This document shows, piece by piece, positions 30,658 to 41,300 of a DNA stretch of 64,000 bases. The notes under the pieces were generated by a model, which did not search any database, was not told the DNA's origin, and worked only from the letters and a program-made list of their open reading frames with translations. The stretch is from the NCBI GenBank assembly GCA_964438995.1, contig CAYTMQ010000011.1, positions 8,416 to 72,415 on the forward strand, given 5' to 3'. Origin of the DNA: an uncultured Chitinophaga sp. GTDB taxonomy: Bacteria; Bacteroidota; Bacteroidia; NS11-12g; UBA955. A program made the translations under genes and the position numbers. Within the stretch, counting starts at the first letter, position 1, and each line of letters opens with the position of its first letter.

Positions 30658-31791
30658 ATGAAAAATTATCGGCTTTGTAAAATTTACAAGGGTGCTAAAA
30701 AAGGTATGCGCCCAACTCTAAACAATTGGTATGTTTACTACTACTTCTTTGATGGTGTCGAATGGAAACGATTCAGACTGAAAGAAGACATCAATACTGC
30801 TAAAACAATCACTGAAAGAACCCACAGAGCAAATGCGCTCAAAGAAGCAATGGATGAATTATTAATGGCCGGTTATAATCCGTTTAGGGATGACAATCGA
30901 ATAATCTTAAAGCAGTTTACCATGAAAGAAGGGATTGATTGGGCAATGTCAAGAAAGAAATTTGCGCACAAAACTCAACTTGATTTTAATTCAATTGTTA
31001 AGCACTTTCATGAAACTTCAGCAAAACTTGGTTATGGTAGTTTAGAATTAAAGAAAGTTACCAGGATAATTATTAGAGAGATCATTGAAAAAATGGTTGA
31101 ATCTAGAAATTTAGGTAATCATGCTTATTTGAAGTACAAAAACAATCTGGGCAATCTATTTGAAGAGCTTGTAAGTTGGGAGAAAATTGATTTTAATCCA
31201 TGTAGGTTTAAGACTACCATCAGAAAACCGAAGCCAAAGACAAAGATTCTATTAAGTGAGGACCAAAGAATGCTGATAAAAAATACTTTGCTTGAAAAAA
31301 ATCCAAACTTTTTCAATTATCTGATGTTTATTAATCTGACTGCATTAAGGCCAGTTGAAATACTTCGCTTAAAAGTCGAGGATATTGATTTAAAGAATTC
31401 TCGAATTATTATAAGGTCAGAAATCACAAAAGATAGCGAAGATAGGATAACCATCATTCCAAAAGCATTAGAACCTTATATCGATATTGATGCGCCAAAG
31501 CACTATTACTTATTTGGCCACGATTTTAAACCTCAAGAACGTAAAAAACCATTGTCTAGAGATAAGGCCACCCACTTATGGCAAGAATTAATCATTAAAG
31601 GACTAGGCATTGATTCTAAAATGTACTGGCTGAAACATCTCGGTTTAACTTCTATGAGACAACAAGGTATTGATCCCGAAATTGTTCAGTACCATGCAGG
31701 GCATTCTACCTATGAAATGACACAAGTTTACGTTTCAAGTGATAGGCCAGAAGTAGTAAAAGCAATTCGAGAAAGAAAAGGGGATTTCTAG
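30658..31791 (+). CDS. Tyrosine-type site-specific integrase (phage integrase family)
   Basis: C-terminal catalytic region with R...HxxR-like LGLTSMRQQG and YHAGHSTYEMTQVY (catalytic Tyr). N-terminal SAM-like DNA-binding part. A Bacteroidetes -7 promoter motif TAtaTTTG lies at 30646-30653. Confidence 0.85.
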   Translation: MKNYRLCKIYKGAKKGMRPTLNNWYVYYYFFDGVEWKRFRLKEDINTAKTITERTHRANALKEAMDELLMAGYNPFRDDNRIILKQFTMKEGIDWAMSRKKFAHKTQLDFNSIVKHFHETSAKLGYGSLELKKVTRIIIREIIEKMVESRNLGNHAYLKYKNNLGNLFEELVSWEKIDFNPCRFKTTIRKPKPKTKILLSEDQRMLIKNTLLEKNPNFFNYLMFINLTALRPVEILRLKVEDIDLKNSRIIIRSEITKDSEDRITIIPKALEPYIDIDAPKHYYLFGHDFKPQERKKPLSRDKATHLWQELIIKGLGIDSKMYWLKHLGLTSMRQQGIDPEIVQYHAGHSTYEMTQVYVSSDRPEVVKAIRERKGDF

Positions 31792-31912
31792 GTAAAGCAA
31801 AATGGACCATAAAATATGGTCCATTCTAACATGAAAAATTACCAACTTGTGTCAATAGTGAATACAAACATAGTTGATAGATTTTTAATTTAATTGCCAA
31901 TTTTATGACACT

Positions 31913-31950
31913 AAAAAAAGCCTATCAAATTAATGATAGGCTTTTAATTT
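31913..31950. terminator. Bidirectional intrinsic terminator-like hairpin (A-run, GCCTATCA-loop-TGATAGGC, T-run) between int and the tRNA
   Basis: aaaaaaagcctatcaaattaatgataggcttttaatttt read directly. Confidence 0.5.
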
Positions 31951-32133
31951 TGACCTACAAGGATTGGTCGGTTTCGTTGTTCTTTTAGGAGATGTTATCA
32001 TTAGTATCGCCCTTTGTAGTTTTCCATTGGCTAACCTTGCATTTACCACATCGAATCAATATTGAGAGGGACGCACAATATAGATTACAGCACTAACCAC
32101 TAATTAAACATTTTGTTCTCCACTTCAAATGTG

Positions 32134-32209
32134 TGGTTGCGAATATCGGACTCGAACCGATGAACTTCTGGTTATGAGCCAGACGAGATACCAACTTCTC
32201 TAATTCGCA
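32134..32209 (-). tRNA. tRNA with CAU anticodon (elongator tRNA-Met, or tRNA-Ile2 if lysidine-modified), 76 nt with encoded CCA
   Basis: Hand-folded cloverleaf: acceptor TGCGAAT/ATTCGCA 7 bp, D-arm GAGA-AGTTGGTA-TCTC, anticodon arm TCTGG-CTCATAA-CCAGA, variable AGTTC, T-arm ATCGG-TTCGAGT-CCGAT, discriminator A, CCA. U1-A72 is paired, so it is not an initiator. Confidence 0.85.
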
Positions 32210-32270
32210 CTACAAATATAAAAAAATGCGAGATTATTTCCAAACCTCGCTTTTTAAACATCAACAATTA

Positions 32271-34391
32271 CTATATCCCACTTATCTCAAAATATTGTAA
32301 AGCTCCACTATGTTCACAATTGTTCCAGAAGTAATACTTGCCATTAACAAATACAACTCCGCCACCATTGGCGTTTCCTGCTGCTTCTTCGCCTGCAATG
32401 GTATTCCAATTGGTTTTACCTCCTCTAAATAGAAGTTTTCCAGTTTGATCATATACAAAGAATAAATTTGTCTGACCTCCTGCACCCCCAAAGAACTCTC
32501 CAATGTACTTAACGAAAACTTTGCCTTTGCATGTCCAAACATTGTCAGCTCCTGCATACTGCATTATTTCGGATGTAGCAAAGAAGTCACCATCTGGATA
32601 AACTCTGCTTTCTCCAACTGCCTTGCTAGGCATTCCATTGTAAATGAATTTACCACTAACAACAAAAGTCAAATGGTATCCTTGATGAGATTTATGTGGC
32701 TGAAACGCAACCAAAGTATCTCCCATCATAGAGAATGTTACCGCTTTGTCAGTAGCGAATGCAGTTGTATTATCTGGTTTAAATTGACTATGCACTACCT
32801 CATTTTTAAACAAGGTGTACTGAAAGTCTTTAAGGGCATCAGAGTAATCTAAACTCAATCTCCAAACAACACCTTTGGTATCAATGTGAAGATTGGCATT
32901 CACTGGATATTCCTTAACTAACTCTGCTTTAGTGGTTAATTTAAAGAGTGTTGGGTATTCATAACCACCTAAGAACTTATTGATTGTGCAATATGTGACA
33001 CCATTAACAGTGACTAAATTTCTCAAAAGGTTTTTACCTTGATTGTATGGCTTAAACTCCTTTGGTAATCCATACGCCCAATTTTTTACAAGTGTATAAG
33101 ACTTGTTTTTGTAGTCATATTTGAACTCTAAAAATCCTGCTGTAACTCTGCTTGGGTCATTCCTATCAACAGAGCATGAATAGGTCATAGGTAAATAATG
33201 GATGTCGTATAAATAAACCCCATTGCTATCGTACACCAATACTCTGCAATTACCATTGTCGCAAACATAGATACGATTAGATTTGTCGATGTAAACACTG
33301 CCAATGTTCTCGTGCGTGTTGTAATCCTCCGAAAAGAAGGTATAATTATCAACTAATGCGCTTGACTGACCTTTACAAATAACTTTGCCGTTATAGGTAA
33401 CATCATTTGCCATTACAACACTACTAGCGCCCCTTGTAAAACTTATTTGAGGTGTGAATGTTGAAGTGCTTAAAAATTTACCATTTAAGTCGTATTTAGA
33501 AAGTGTTTTATCAGTATGGTAAAGGTTTATAGTCCCATTTACAACTTCAATCTTTGTAGGTCGTTTATTTGGATTGCTTTTATAAATACCAATTACTGAT
33601 TTGTAAGGATTGCTTTTATCTTGGTATGTGCACCTGGTTGATACACCACTTGAAAAAATTACTTCATTGTCTGACTTGTCAATAGCGATGACCATACAAT
33701 CTAAATTTGAAGAGTATCCACCATCATCATCTGTTGCAAAAGGATCATATCCTGCCCAAAATAAATAATTGTCAGTTTCAGCGAATGCAGTCACTTCCAT
33801 TACAAAGCCATTTGCAGGTGGTGGCATCACTTCATTTCGTTCCTTTGGATTGTTTATTGGAGATTTAATGACTGGACTTTTACCTTCTGGATAACCAACG
33901 GACATATAAAGGAATCCATTAAATTCTGCTACACATCTAATCGAGCGCAAACCTTTGAATTTCTTTGCACCATAATGCAACCCACTCGAATTATAGACAT
34001 TCCCAGTCCAATTATAGGAAGGTGTTGTAGGAAGTGGATTTGTAGGAATATTAATTATTCTCGGACCAACATAAACAACTGCTTCTTTTAATCCGCATTC
34101 CAATGTTTCATAAATAATCCATCTGTCCAAATAATCAGACTTGCTTGGTTGTAGAGTACCAGTTCCATCACTTTTAAACAATACTTTCCCAATACCACTT
34201 ATTGTTGTAGGAGTTATGGTAGTGGTTGCAGAAGTAGTACGCCTTACACAACTGATGTAGTGAAAGGATACCTTTTTTTTAAGGTTGAAAGTAACCTTGT
34301 TGGTGCCGTTGGTAAATATCGAATCTTGACAATGTAAACTAAAAGGCAAGATAGTTGCTATTATAGCAAAGATGTAAACTAATTTTTTCAT
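32271..34391 (-). CDS. Secreted NHL-repeat / beta-propeller protein (706 aa), a prophage cargo gene ('moron') candidate
   Basis: Signal peptide MKKLVYIFAIIATILPFSLHCQ. NHL-like repeats (IYVCDNGNCRVLVYDSNGVYLYD). Lies between the endolysin and the tRNA. Overlaps the endolysin stop by 4 nt, and a hairpin terminator follows at 32221-32256. Confidence 0.55.
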   Translation of the reverse strand: MKKLVYIFAIIATILPFSLHCQDSIFTNGTNKVTFNLKKKVSFHYISCVRRTTSATTTITPTTISGIGKVLFKSDGTGTLQPSKSDYLDRWIIYETLECGLKEAVVYVGPRIINIPTNPLPTTPSYNWTGNVYNSSGLHYGAKKFKGLRSIRCVAEFNGFLYMSVGYPEGKSPVIKSPINNPKERNEVMPPPANGFVMEVTAFAETDNYLFWAGYDPFATDDDGGYSSNLDCMVIAIDKSDNEVIFSSGVSTRCTYQDKSNPYKSVIGIYKSNPNKRPTKIEVVNGTINLYHTDKTLSKYDLNGKFLSTSTFTPQISFTRGASSVVMANDVTYNGKVICKGQSSALVDNYTFFSEDYNTHENIGSVYIDKSNRIYVCDNGNCRVLVYDSNGVYLYDIHYLPMTYSCSVDRNDPSRVTAGFLEFKYDYKNKSYTLVKNWAYGLPKEFKPYNQGKNLLRNLVTVNGVTYCTINKFLGGYEYPTLFKLTTKAELVKEYPVNANLHIDTKGVVWRLSLDYSDALKDFQYTLFKNEVVHSQFKPDNTTAFATDKAVTFSMMGDTLVAFQPHKSHQGYHLTFVVSGKFIYNGMPSKAVGESRVYPDGDFFATSEIMQYAGADNVWTCKGKVFVKYIGEFFGGAGGQTNLFFVYDQTGKLLFRGGKTNWNTIAGEEAAGNANGGGVVFVNGKYYFWNNCEHSGALQYFEISGI

Positions 34392-34864
34392 AATATTGGG
34401 TATGTGCTTTTAATTTTTGGGAGTGCGTTAAGTTCTTTGGTTGTATAACCAAATGTTTTCTGAAAGTGAGGATAGTCTTTTAATGTTTTGAAGTCTCCAC
34501 CCCATTCCCAACCAAACTCTTTAAATACTTTTACCACTTCCATCCAGTCGGGTATTTTATCTCCATCGAAATCTTCACCTCTGGACCAAACTGCTTTACC
34601 ACTAAAAATAATTGTGATATCAATGGCAAGTCCATAATTGTGATATGATTCACCGGCTCTTGCATTGGTTACAATTTGTCCTGGCATTTGTCTTCCTTTT
34701 GCATACAGATCATTCTGTTCTTTAAAACTTCTGAATGTATGAGTAAATCTACAATATGCAGGACCATTTAATCTCTTGCATATTTCTTCGTAGATTTTAG
34801 TTGCTTCTTCTTGAACTGAAGGATGAAGCAAACTAATTCTTGTTAATGTTACTTGATCGCTCAT
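34388..34864 (-). CDS. Endolysin, peptidase M15 family (L-alanyl-D-glutamate / VanY-like zinc peptidase)
   Basis: Zinc-binding SYHNYGLAIDI (H-x-x-G-x-A-x-D) and downstream DYPHFQ His motif. 158 aa. Adjacent to the holin-like gene. Confidence 0.8.
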   Translation of the reverse strand: MSDQVTLTRISLLHPSVQEEATKIYEEICKRLNGPAYCRFTHTFRSFKEQNDLYAKGRQMPGQIVTNARAGESYHNYGLAIDITIIFSGKAVWSRGEDFDGDKIPDWMEVVKVFKEFGWEWGGDFKTLKDYPHFQKTFGYTTKELNALPKIKSTYPIL

Positions 34865-35106
34865 TTTTTTAAATCTTTATTTTCAACTGGAAATTTACTT
34901 GGAGCTTCTGGTGCATATCCGTAAGCATCACAAACAATCTGTATAGCGTGTCCGCCAATTGTATAGAATATCATAATTAACAACATATCGTGTTCAGATA
35001 TGCCCCAATTACCTATTAATGCGGTTGATAACCCGCTAATGCCTATATAGGCGTATAATCGTCTGAAAATAGACAACCATTTTGGTGTTTTTGTTTTTCG
35101 TGCCAT
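34861..35106 (-). CDS. Holin-like small membrane protein (two predicted TM helices)
   Basis: 81 aa. TM segments LYAYIGISGLSTALIGNWGI and MLLIMIFYTIGGHAIQIVC, charged C-terminus. Immediately upstream of the endolysin with a 4-nt overlap. Confidence 0.5.
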   Translation of the reverse strand: MARKTKTPKWLSIFRRLYAYIGISGLSTALIGNWGISEHDMLLIMIFYTIGGHAIQIVCDAYGYAPEAPSKFPVENKDLKK

Positions 35107-35399
35107 TATTTTGATTTTAAATTAAATTCGTAGAGAGCTTTAGTGTTGTCTTTGATTACCTCATTCTGCATTTGCCACATCATCTGCTGCATTGCATCAA
35201 CTTTTCGATTGAGGTTAAAATTCTGATACGTTAAGACTGCAACCCATGCAACCAGTATCATGACCGCCAATCCTTTTGCGATTATTTCTTTTAAGATTAG
35301 CTTTTTTTCGTCGCTTGTTATTCCTATCATTGCTTTATAAGTACAAATACAAATCTTTGTCCGAGCATTCGGCCACAATTCTATACCCTCTTTTATCAC
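35106..35399 (-). CDS. Small single-TM protein of the lysis cassette (possible spanin/antiholin)
   Basis: 97 aa with one TM helix (GLAVMILVAWVAVLTY). Its position is the only other support. Confidence 0.35.
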   Translation of the reverse strand: MIKEGIELWPNARTKICICTYKAMIGITSDEKKLILKEIIAKGLAVMILVAWVAVLTYQNFNLNRKVDAMQQMMWQMQNEVIKDNTKALYEFNLKSK

Positions 35400-35847
35400 A
35401 TTGATTTTTAAATTCAGTTGGTGTCATTCTATACCAATTCTCCATGTTAAGAACTCTTGCAACAAACTCATAACATGTTGGATAATTCTTACATTTGGTT
35501 TTGTTGCCTATGAAAATACCTCTACCTAATAGCCATTTAGTGAAGTACCAAATGAGCATGAATAGCAAGTCTTCAAATCCGTAACGGACTTTTTTGAATA
35601 CCATCTTGTCAAACTCCTCTTTATTAAAATTGTCATCAGAAACATCAATCACTTGACATTGATAGTCATCTGGCCATAAATAAACCAGTGTTGAGATTAC
35701 TCCCTTAAAATCTGATTCATAAACATATCTCTTGTCCGCAATAGCTACATGGTGCCATCTATCTCCAGTTACTTGTCTGATGATGTGCGATACAATTCTT
35801 AATGGTTTCTTCCATGTGAATGGCTTATATACTCTTACGATTTTCAT
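35335..35847 (-). CDS. Hypothetical phage protein, possibly a permuted papain-like (His then Cys) hydrolase
   Basis: 170 aa. RWHHVAI ... NYPTCYEFV residue order. Weak inference only. Confidence 0.35.
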   Translation of the reverse strand: MKIVRVYKPFTWKKPLRIVSHIIRQVTGDRWHHVAIADKRYVYESDFKGVISTLVYLWPDDYQCQVIDVSDDNFNKEEFDKMVFKKVRYGFEDLLFMLIWYFTKWLLGRGIFIGNKTKCKNYPTCYEFVARVLNMENWYRMTPTEFKNQCDKRGYRIVAECSDKDLYLYL

Positions 35848-36407
35848 AATTGTACTAATTCATTGTTCATTGCTTTTGTTTTCAAGTCTTCCCAAACTTT
35901 AGGCAACTCGTTTTTTACTGTTTCATGTATTGGTTTATCCTGCTCATCTCTGAATGCTTGCCATAAGATATACGCTAAATCAACAGCCAATCCCCCGTTA
36001 TAATCAGTCAATGGCACGACAAAACCACCTAATTTAAATTGTTTAGCATCCCAAAATCCAAATACATCGTATTTAGAATCAATCACAACTCCTACTCCCA
36101 TAGGTGTTGGAGGTGTTGTATCTGGTTTGGTTAAGGTTGATATTTCAATTAAAGGCAAATCTTCAAGCCATGTGAAAATACTTTTAGCCTGGTTGATTTC
36201 TTCTTCACTTATAAAGAAGTCTCCAGAAACGTCTGCTCTTGGTCCTAATAATGTTCCGTCTGGCAATTCATAAAGGTATAACTGCCTAAATTGTTCTATT
36301 GTTAATAATGCTATTCTACTCATCTTCCTAATTGTGTTTCTAATGTATCTATTGCTGCATCTAATAAAGCTACTTGACTGTCTGATGCGCCATGAAAGTG
36401 AATCCAA
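35844..36407 (-). CDS. Hypothetical phage tail-associated protein
   Basis: 187 aa ORF co-oriented with and overlapping its neighbours in the distal tail/lysis region. Confidence 0.4.
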   Translation of the reverse strand: MDSLSWRIRQSSSFIRCSNRYIRNTIRKMSRIALLTIEQFRQLYLYELPDGTLLGPRADVSGDFFISEEEINQAKSIFTWLEDLPLIEISTLTKPDTTPPTPMGVGVVIDSKYDVFGFWDAKQFKLGGFVVPLTDYNGGLAVDLAYILWQAFRDEQDKPIHETVKNELPKVWEDLKTKAMNNELVQL

Positions 36408-37168
36408 ATACTTCTCTTTCTATCACTAAATTGAATGGCAGTACCTCCGTTGTTAACCGCACCTTCAATCAATATTTTAGGTGTCGTGTTTGTAAAAGTG
36501 TTACTTGCTTGAGTAACAGTATTGAATGGAGAACCATTTTTATATTGTTTATAGTTAGCGCTTGAATTTCTACTTATAAAGTATCTTCCAGTTGAATTGG
36601 TGTTGGTGCCAGTATTATTGGTTTGATCTACTAATCTTGATGTGAAATTTGAACCATTACGAGTGTACTGAAGCACGTTAGCAAATCCACCATCAATAAC
36701 CCCGAAATCCGCTTTAACGCCTGATGTATCAGTTTTTAACACGATACCGAATGACTGCGCATTTTGTTGGAAGGTATTACCGTCATAACCGAAAATAGTG
36801 GTCATATATCCAGTTGTTCCGTTAGGTAATGAACCAGTTCCGTCATGTGTCCATCCACCAACATAAGTTCCATCTGGATTGCCAGTTACTGCATTGTATC
36901 TGTGATATGTAGCAGTTCCACCAACTCTAAAGAATGCAAACTCCGAAACAGTTCCTAAATTATCTGCTCCTAAAGTTAATCCATAAATGTCTTTTACTGC
37001 AACAATAAAGGCATCGATATACTCCCATAACTGCTGACCAGTTCTTTCTTGTGCAGAACCAGTATTATATGTAGTAGAATCGTATGCAATACCTTTGTTA
37101 GTGAACAACCTTTTTGTTTCTGGTTGCCATCTTGATTTGCTGCCGTATATGTTAATTATTCTAGTCAC
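36320..37168 (-). CDS. Tail fibre/receptor-binding-like protein (Gly/Thr/Asn-rich)
   Basis: 282 aa, low-complexity T/N/G-rich beta-rich sequence typical of distal tail fibres. Confidence 0.4.
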   Translation of the reverse strand: MTRIINIYGSKSRWQPETKRLFTNKGIAYDSTTYNTGSAQERTGQQLWEYIDAFIVAVKDIYGLTLGADNLGTVSEFAFFRVGGTATYHRYNAVTGNPDGTYVGGWTHDGTGSLPNGTTGYMTTIFGYDGNTFQQNAQSFGIVLKTDTSGVKADFGVIDGGFANVLQYTRNGSNFTSRLVDQTNNTGTNTNSTGRYFISRNSSANYKQYKNGSPFNTVTQASNTFTNTTPKILIEGAVNNGGTAIQFSDRKRSIWIHFHGASDSQVALLDAAIDTLETQLGR

Positions 37169-38378
37169 GAATTCCGTTTAATTTTACAAATCCTGCACTT
37201 GTGCTTATAGTTCTTTTTACAACGATTGTGTCTGTATCTTCCAAAACCAATGGATTGGAGAATGCAGTAAATGAACCCCCATTTTTTGACAATGTAATTG
37301 TACCACTTAAACCATCATCTTCTATTGAGGTATATGTTCCGGCACTATCAGTGTCAATCGTAAATGATTCCATCTCCAATTCATCTTGTGAGAAGTGGAA
37401 TTTTAAAATGATGGTTTTATCAATGACATACTTTGTCTCAACTGCAGTCATTGGAGTTATACCCCAGTCACCATCAATATTTCTTTTAATAATGTTGTCC
37501 TGCTTTTCTTTAAATTCATAAGTAAAATTGGACTTCTTACTCAATGAATGATTGGTTACATCTTTGATATTACTTGGATAAACATTAAATCTTCTGAATA
37601 GATGTTGATTCAGTAAATTGTAATCAGTGATGTAAATATCGTTACCCAATATTCCATCCTCATTGATCACATCAAAAATGTATGCAGGTAAAAGCTCGGT
37701 TTCAAGAGTGTAAGTATTTTCAATTTTAGATTGAATTTGCTTAACCACACGATTTGAATCTTGATAGTTATCAATTACAAGTGTTGGTGTTTTATCTCCA
37801 AACTTACCTTTGATTCGTAGTGATTGATACCATCCAAGTCCAGTGTAATCAAAACCATTCATTATTGAACCGCTTTGATACCATTCAATTCTGATGGTGC
37901 CGTCTGCTCTTTCTGCATTGTATTCAACTACATGGAATTTATGTGATTCATACACTAGTGTAGTGCCTAATGATGTATGAGTAGTTTTGATGGTGTAATA
38001 ACCATATCCAAATGCTTGTTGAACTAAATCCCAATCAATCACAAATCCTTTATAATCGCTGTTTTCAAGTGAACCGAAATCGTAAAATGTACCATAGGTG
38101 TTAGAATTTAAAACTGCTACTTGAACTCCATCTTTTAGCAAAGTGTAGACAATTGTATCGCTTGATACAACTTTGGCTCTAATGAAAGACTTTGTGTCAT
38201 TTTGCCACCATGAACCACCATTTTTCACATATGCTTCTTCGATAAAATCACAACCATTGCATGCGCAAACCTCAAAACCTGGCGATTGACTTATTGCAGA
38301 AATCAATGTTGCAGATTGTGAAGATGCTATACCTAGTAAAGGCATCGGAAAAGCATTATACCATTGTGTTGTTATCAT
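37161..38378 (-). CDS. Tail/baseplate-associated protein
   Basis: 405 aa, downstream of the Tal-like giant protein, overlapping stops and starts. Confidence 0.4.
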   Translation of the reverse strand: MITTQWYNAFPMPLLGIASSQSATLISAISQSPGFEVCACNGCDFIEEAYVKNGGSWWQNDTKSFIRAKVVSSDTIVYTLLKDGVQVAVLNSNTYGTFYDFGSLENSDYKGFVIDWDLVQQAFGYGYYTIKTTHTSLGTTLVYESHKFHVVEYNAERADGTIRIEWYQSGSIMNGFDYTGLGWYQSLRIKGKFGDKTPTLVIDNYQDSNRVVKQIQSKIENTYTLETELLPAYIFDVINEDGILGNDIYITDYNLLNQHLFRRFNVYPSNIKDVTNHSLSKKSNFTYEFKEKQDNIIKRNIDGDWGITPMTAVETKYVIDKTIILKFHFSQDELEMESFTIDTDSAGTYTSIEDDGLSGTITLSKNGGSFTAFSNPLVLEDTDTIVVKRTISTSAGFVKLNGIRD

Positions 38379-41300
38379 TTTAAAATATTTCCAGTTGTAA
38401 AGTTGAATGTTGGGTCATTTGGAGTAAATACAAACCAATCATTATTGTTTTCTCCTGACCAATCGTTAATTATAAATTTTACCCAATAAGGTTTGATGTG
38501 ACCTAGCACAAATTCATTATCTCCAACTACAAATGCATGACATTGATTCTTTCTTTGTAGTGGACTTGATGAAAATCCTAATCCTGCTTTTCCATTTAGT
38601 TTCTCAACTCCTCCATACAATAGATTAGTTGCAATCATTGGAGTTTGTATAGTCCAATCATCAGATGAATTTGGACTTGCAACAGTTGAATAAACTCTAC
38701 TAATATGCCTTGCTCCGTCAGTTCCTAATGAAACATCATGGACCACTAAAAACACTGGATTTGAATCATCATCTATTGTAAGAATCTCAAATCCAACTGC
38801 AGCTAATAAATCAGCATCATTACCTGGTCCATCTTGATTTTCTGTATCACCTGAATTTCTGTAAACGTTGTATGAATTAGTATAATTAGCGAAGTTTGCT
38901 CTATCTGCAGGAGTTGTTACGCTTCCAGACGTTTGAGAATAAACCGCAATTTTGCCTTGTTCCCATTGGTTTGAATTTGGAGGTAAATCAAGATTCATTA
39001 CATAGATATTACCACCATAGAAATTTACATCAATTGGATATCTGCATTGAGAGTTTGCAGGAGAACCACTATCATAACACTTCCAGTCTAGTGTTGTCCA
39101 AGATGCTCCGTTGTAATAAAGGTGTTTGAACCCTCTTTGACCACCAATACTAGCTTGTGAATTGCCTATCCAGAAGTATGGTTTGCCATTTACTTGTCCC
39201 ATTTCTGGGTCAATTCTTATGCATGTGTATGTACCACCACCCAAGTTTGCTGAATAGATTCTTGTTTGCAAGTATGTAGAACCATTGTAGATGAATTCAT
39301 GGACCTCTGTTGCTGAACCAGTATAAGTAATTGCATAGAAATTAGGTTTTCCATTGGTCACAACATCAGAAACTACCATTTTGAAGTTCTGATAGGTGTA
39401 TAATGCACTTAAACTAATTGCTACTTCATTATCGATAAATCCATCAACTATTTCAGCTAATCGAAGTGAATTACTTACTGCAACTCCATTATCTGGACAA
39501 TTGAATAACAATACTTCGCTTTCACTTAATGTCTTAATGTCTCTTGCAATCCCATATCTAGGATATGAAGGTGTTCTTGACAATCTTGCTGAAATATTAT
39601 AGTTGCCCGAAATTTTGGTATAATCGATTAATGATTCAGTTATTATCTCGGTGCCAGTATTAGTGATCTTGGTGTAAGTTTCACCATTTATTGGTTTCAA
39701 AGGACTGTTTTTTGCCTTATCTCTGAATGAAGAAAGCTCTATAATTCCATAGCCTGATGAAAGCAGTTTGTCAAGTCTATGAACAACCCACTCGTCAGTA
39801 AATCCACTTGAATCTCCACTTTGAGGAGTAAATGTTATTACAAGTTTGGTGTCACCAGTCTTTAATATTGCACCTCCTAAATCGTTGTCATCAATATCAA
39901 AAGTTTGAATTAATGTTGACCATTCAGCAGGGTCATTACCATCTAAATCCCATCCATAAACTTTCAGTTGCGGAGAATAGTTAACGTATTTCGTTAACTT
40001 TTCTGTCAATTGTTTTACATCTGCATCAATAGCAAGTCGAATTTCATAGTTATTGCCTTCGTACCTCGATGCATCTTTACCCAATCCGTTTGAATCTAAT
40101 GAGGTATTGTAGAAAATTGTGTCTGCACCTGGCAACTTTATCCAACTTTGCCAGTCAAATTTCATTGAAAGAATAAGCTCAACTTCTTGGTAATCTCCAA
40201 CTGGGTCTTTGAAATTTACATAAATGCTATTGAATTGGTCGCCTGATGCCAATCTAAATTCTCTTTCAACATCTAATGTCAGTTTTTGATATGTACCTAT
40301 CTCAACTATGTTTGATAAATCGAATGAATACTCTTGCAATGAGAACTCCTCACCACTTACAGTATTATATGCAATCAATCGAGCTTTTAATGCATGCAGA
40401 TTCGCATTCAAGAACTTATTAAGGACCAAAGTACATGCATAGTTGAATCCATCTTGTTTCCAACCTTTATAGTCTGAATACCCTCCATTAGAGATATCCA
40501 TACCATGGTCATAGAATCTTTGGTTATAGAAATCTACTAGTCCTGCAACATCATTATTGATAACAAATTGATTCCAATCTGCTTGTAAAATAACTTTGTT
40601 GGATGTATCGGTGGCATTGTTATTACCAACTTGTACTCCTATGAAGTATTTATCTGAAACAACATCAAGTAAATCAGGATTGATCATCTCTTGTTCGGAT
40701 GATGAAATCTCGATATCGAACTCAAAATTTACTCTTGTTGCATCAACATAGTCAAATTTCACTCTTTTTATTCTCTCTGAACCGGTAGCTGAAATTGTAC
40801 CGCTCGACATGGTTGCTAGTAAAGAATCCCACAAGAAAGTAGATTGAAAACTATCTTTGTTTGATGAGTAAACAGAAAATGGCGCACCCCACCAGAAATA
40901 AACACCTAATTGATTGGTATTTGTTAATCCAGTTCCAGTAATATATCCGCTTACTTTCGTTTTTTTACCTAATTGAAGCCTATTAACCGCATCTCCAGTT
41001 TCAGTATCGGTGTAACTGCTTAAAGTTACAGAGTAGATGTTCTCAAATCCATTGAAATTTTCGTTAATCCATCCAACTGAACCCAACATTTCTTCATCTT
41101 GAAGCCTAACAGTAGTGTTAGGATTATTCATTGCTGAACGGAATTCGAATGTGCAAACGTGTTTTACTGATTTATCTCCTTCAAACTCTTCTGGACTTGT
41201 GCCAGAATTAAGCGCATTCAAGTATGATTCCAAGAACACTGGACTAATAACGAACTCTTGAGTTATCTCGTATTCATGAACATAATTAGTCGCAATTCCT

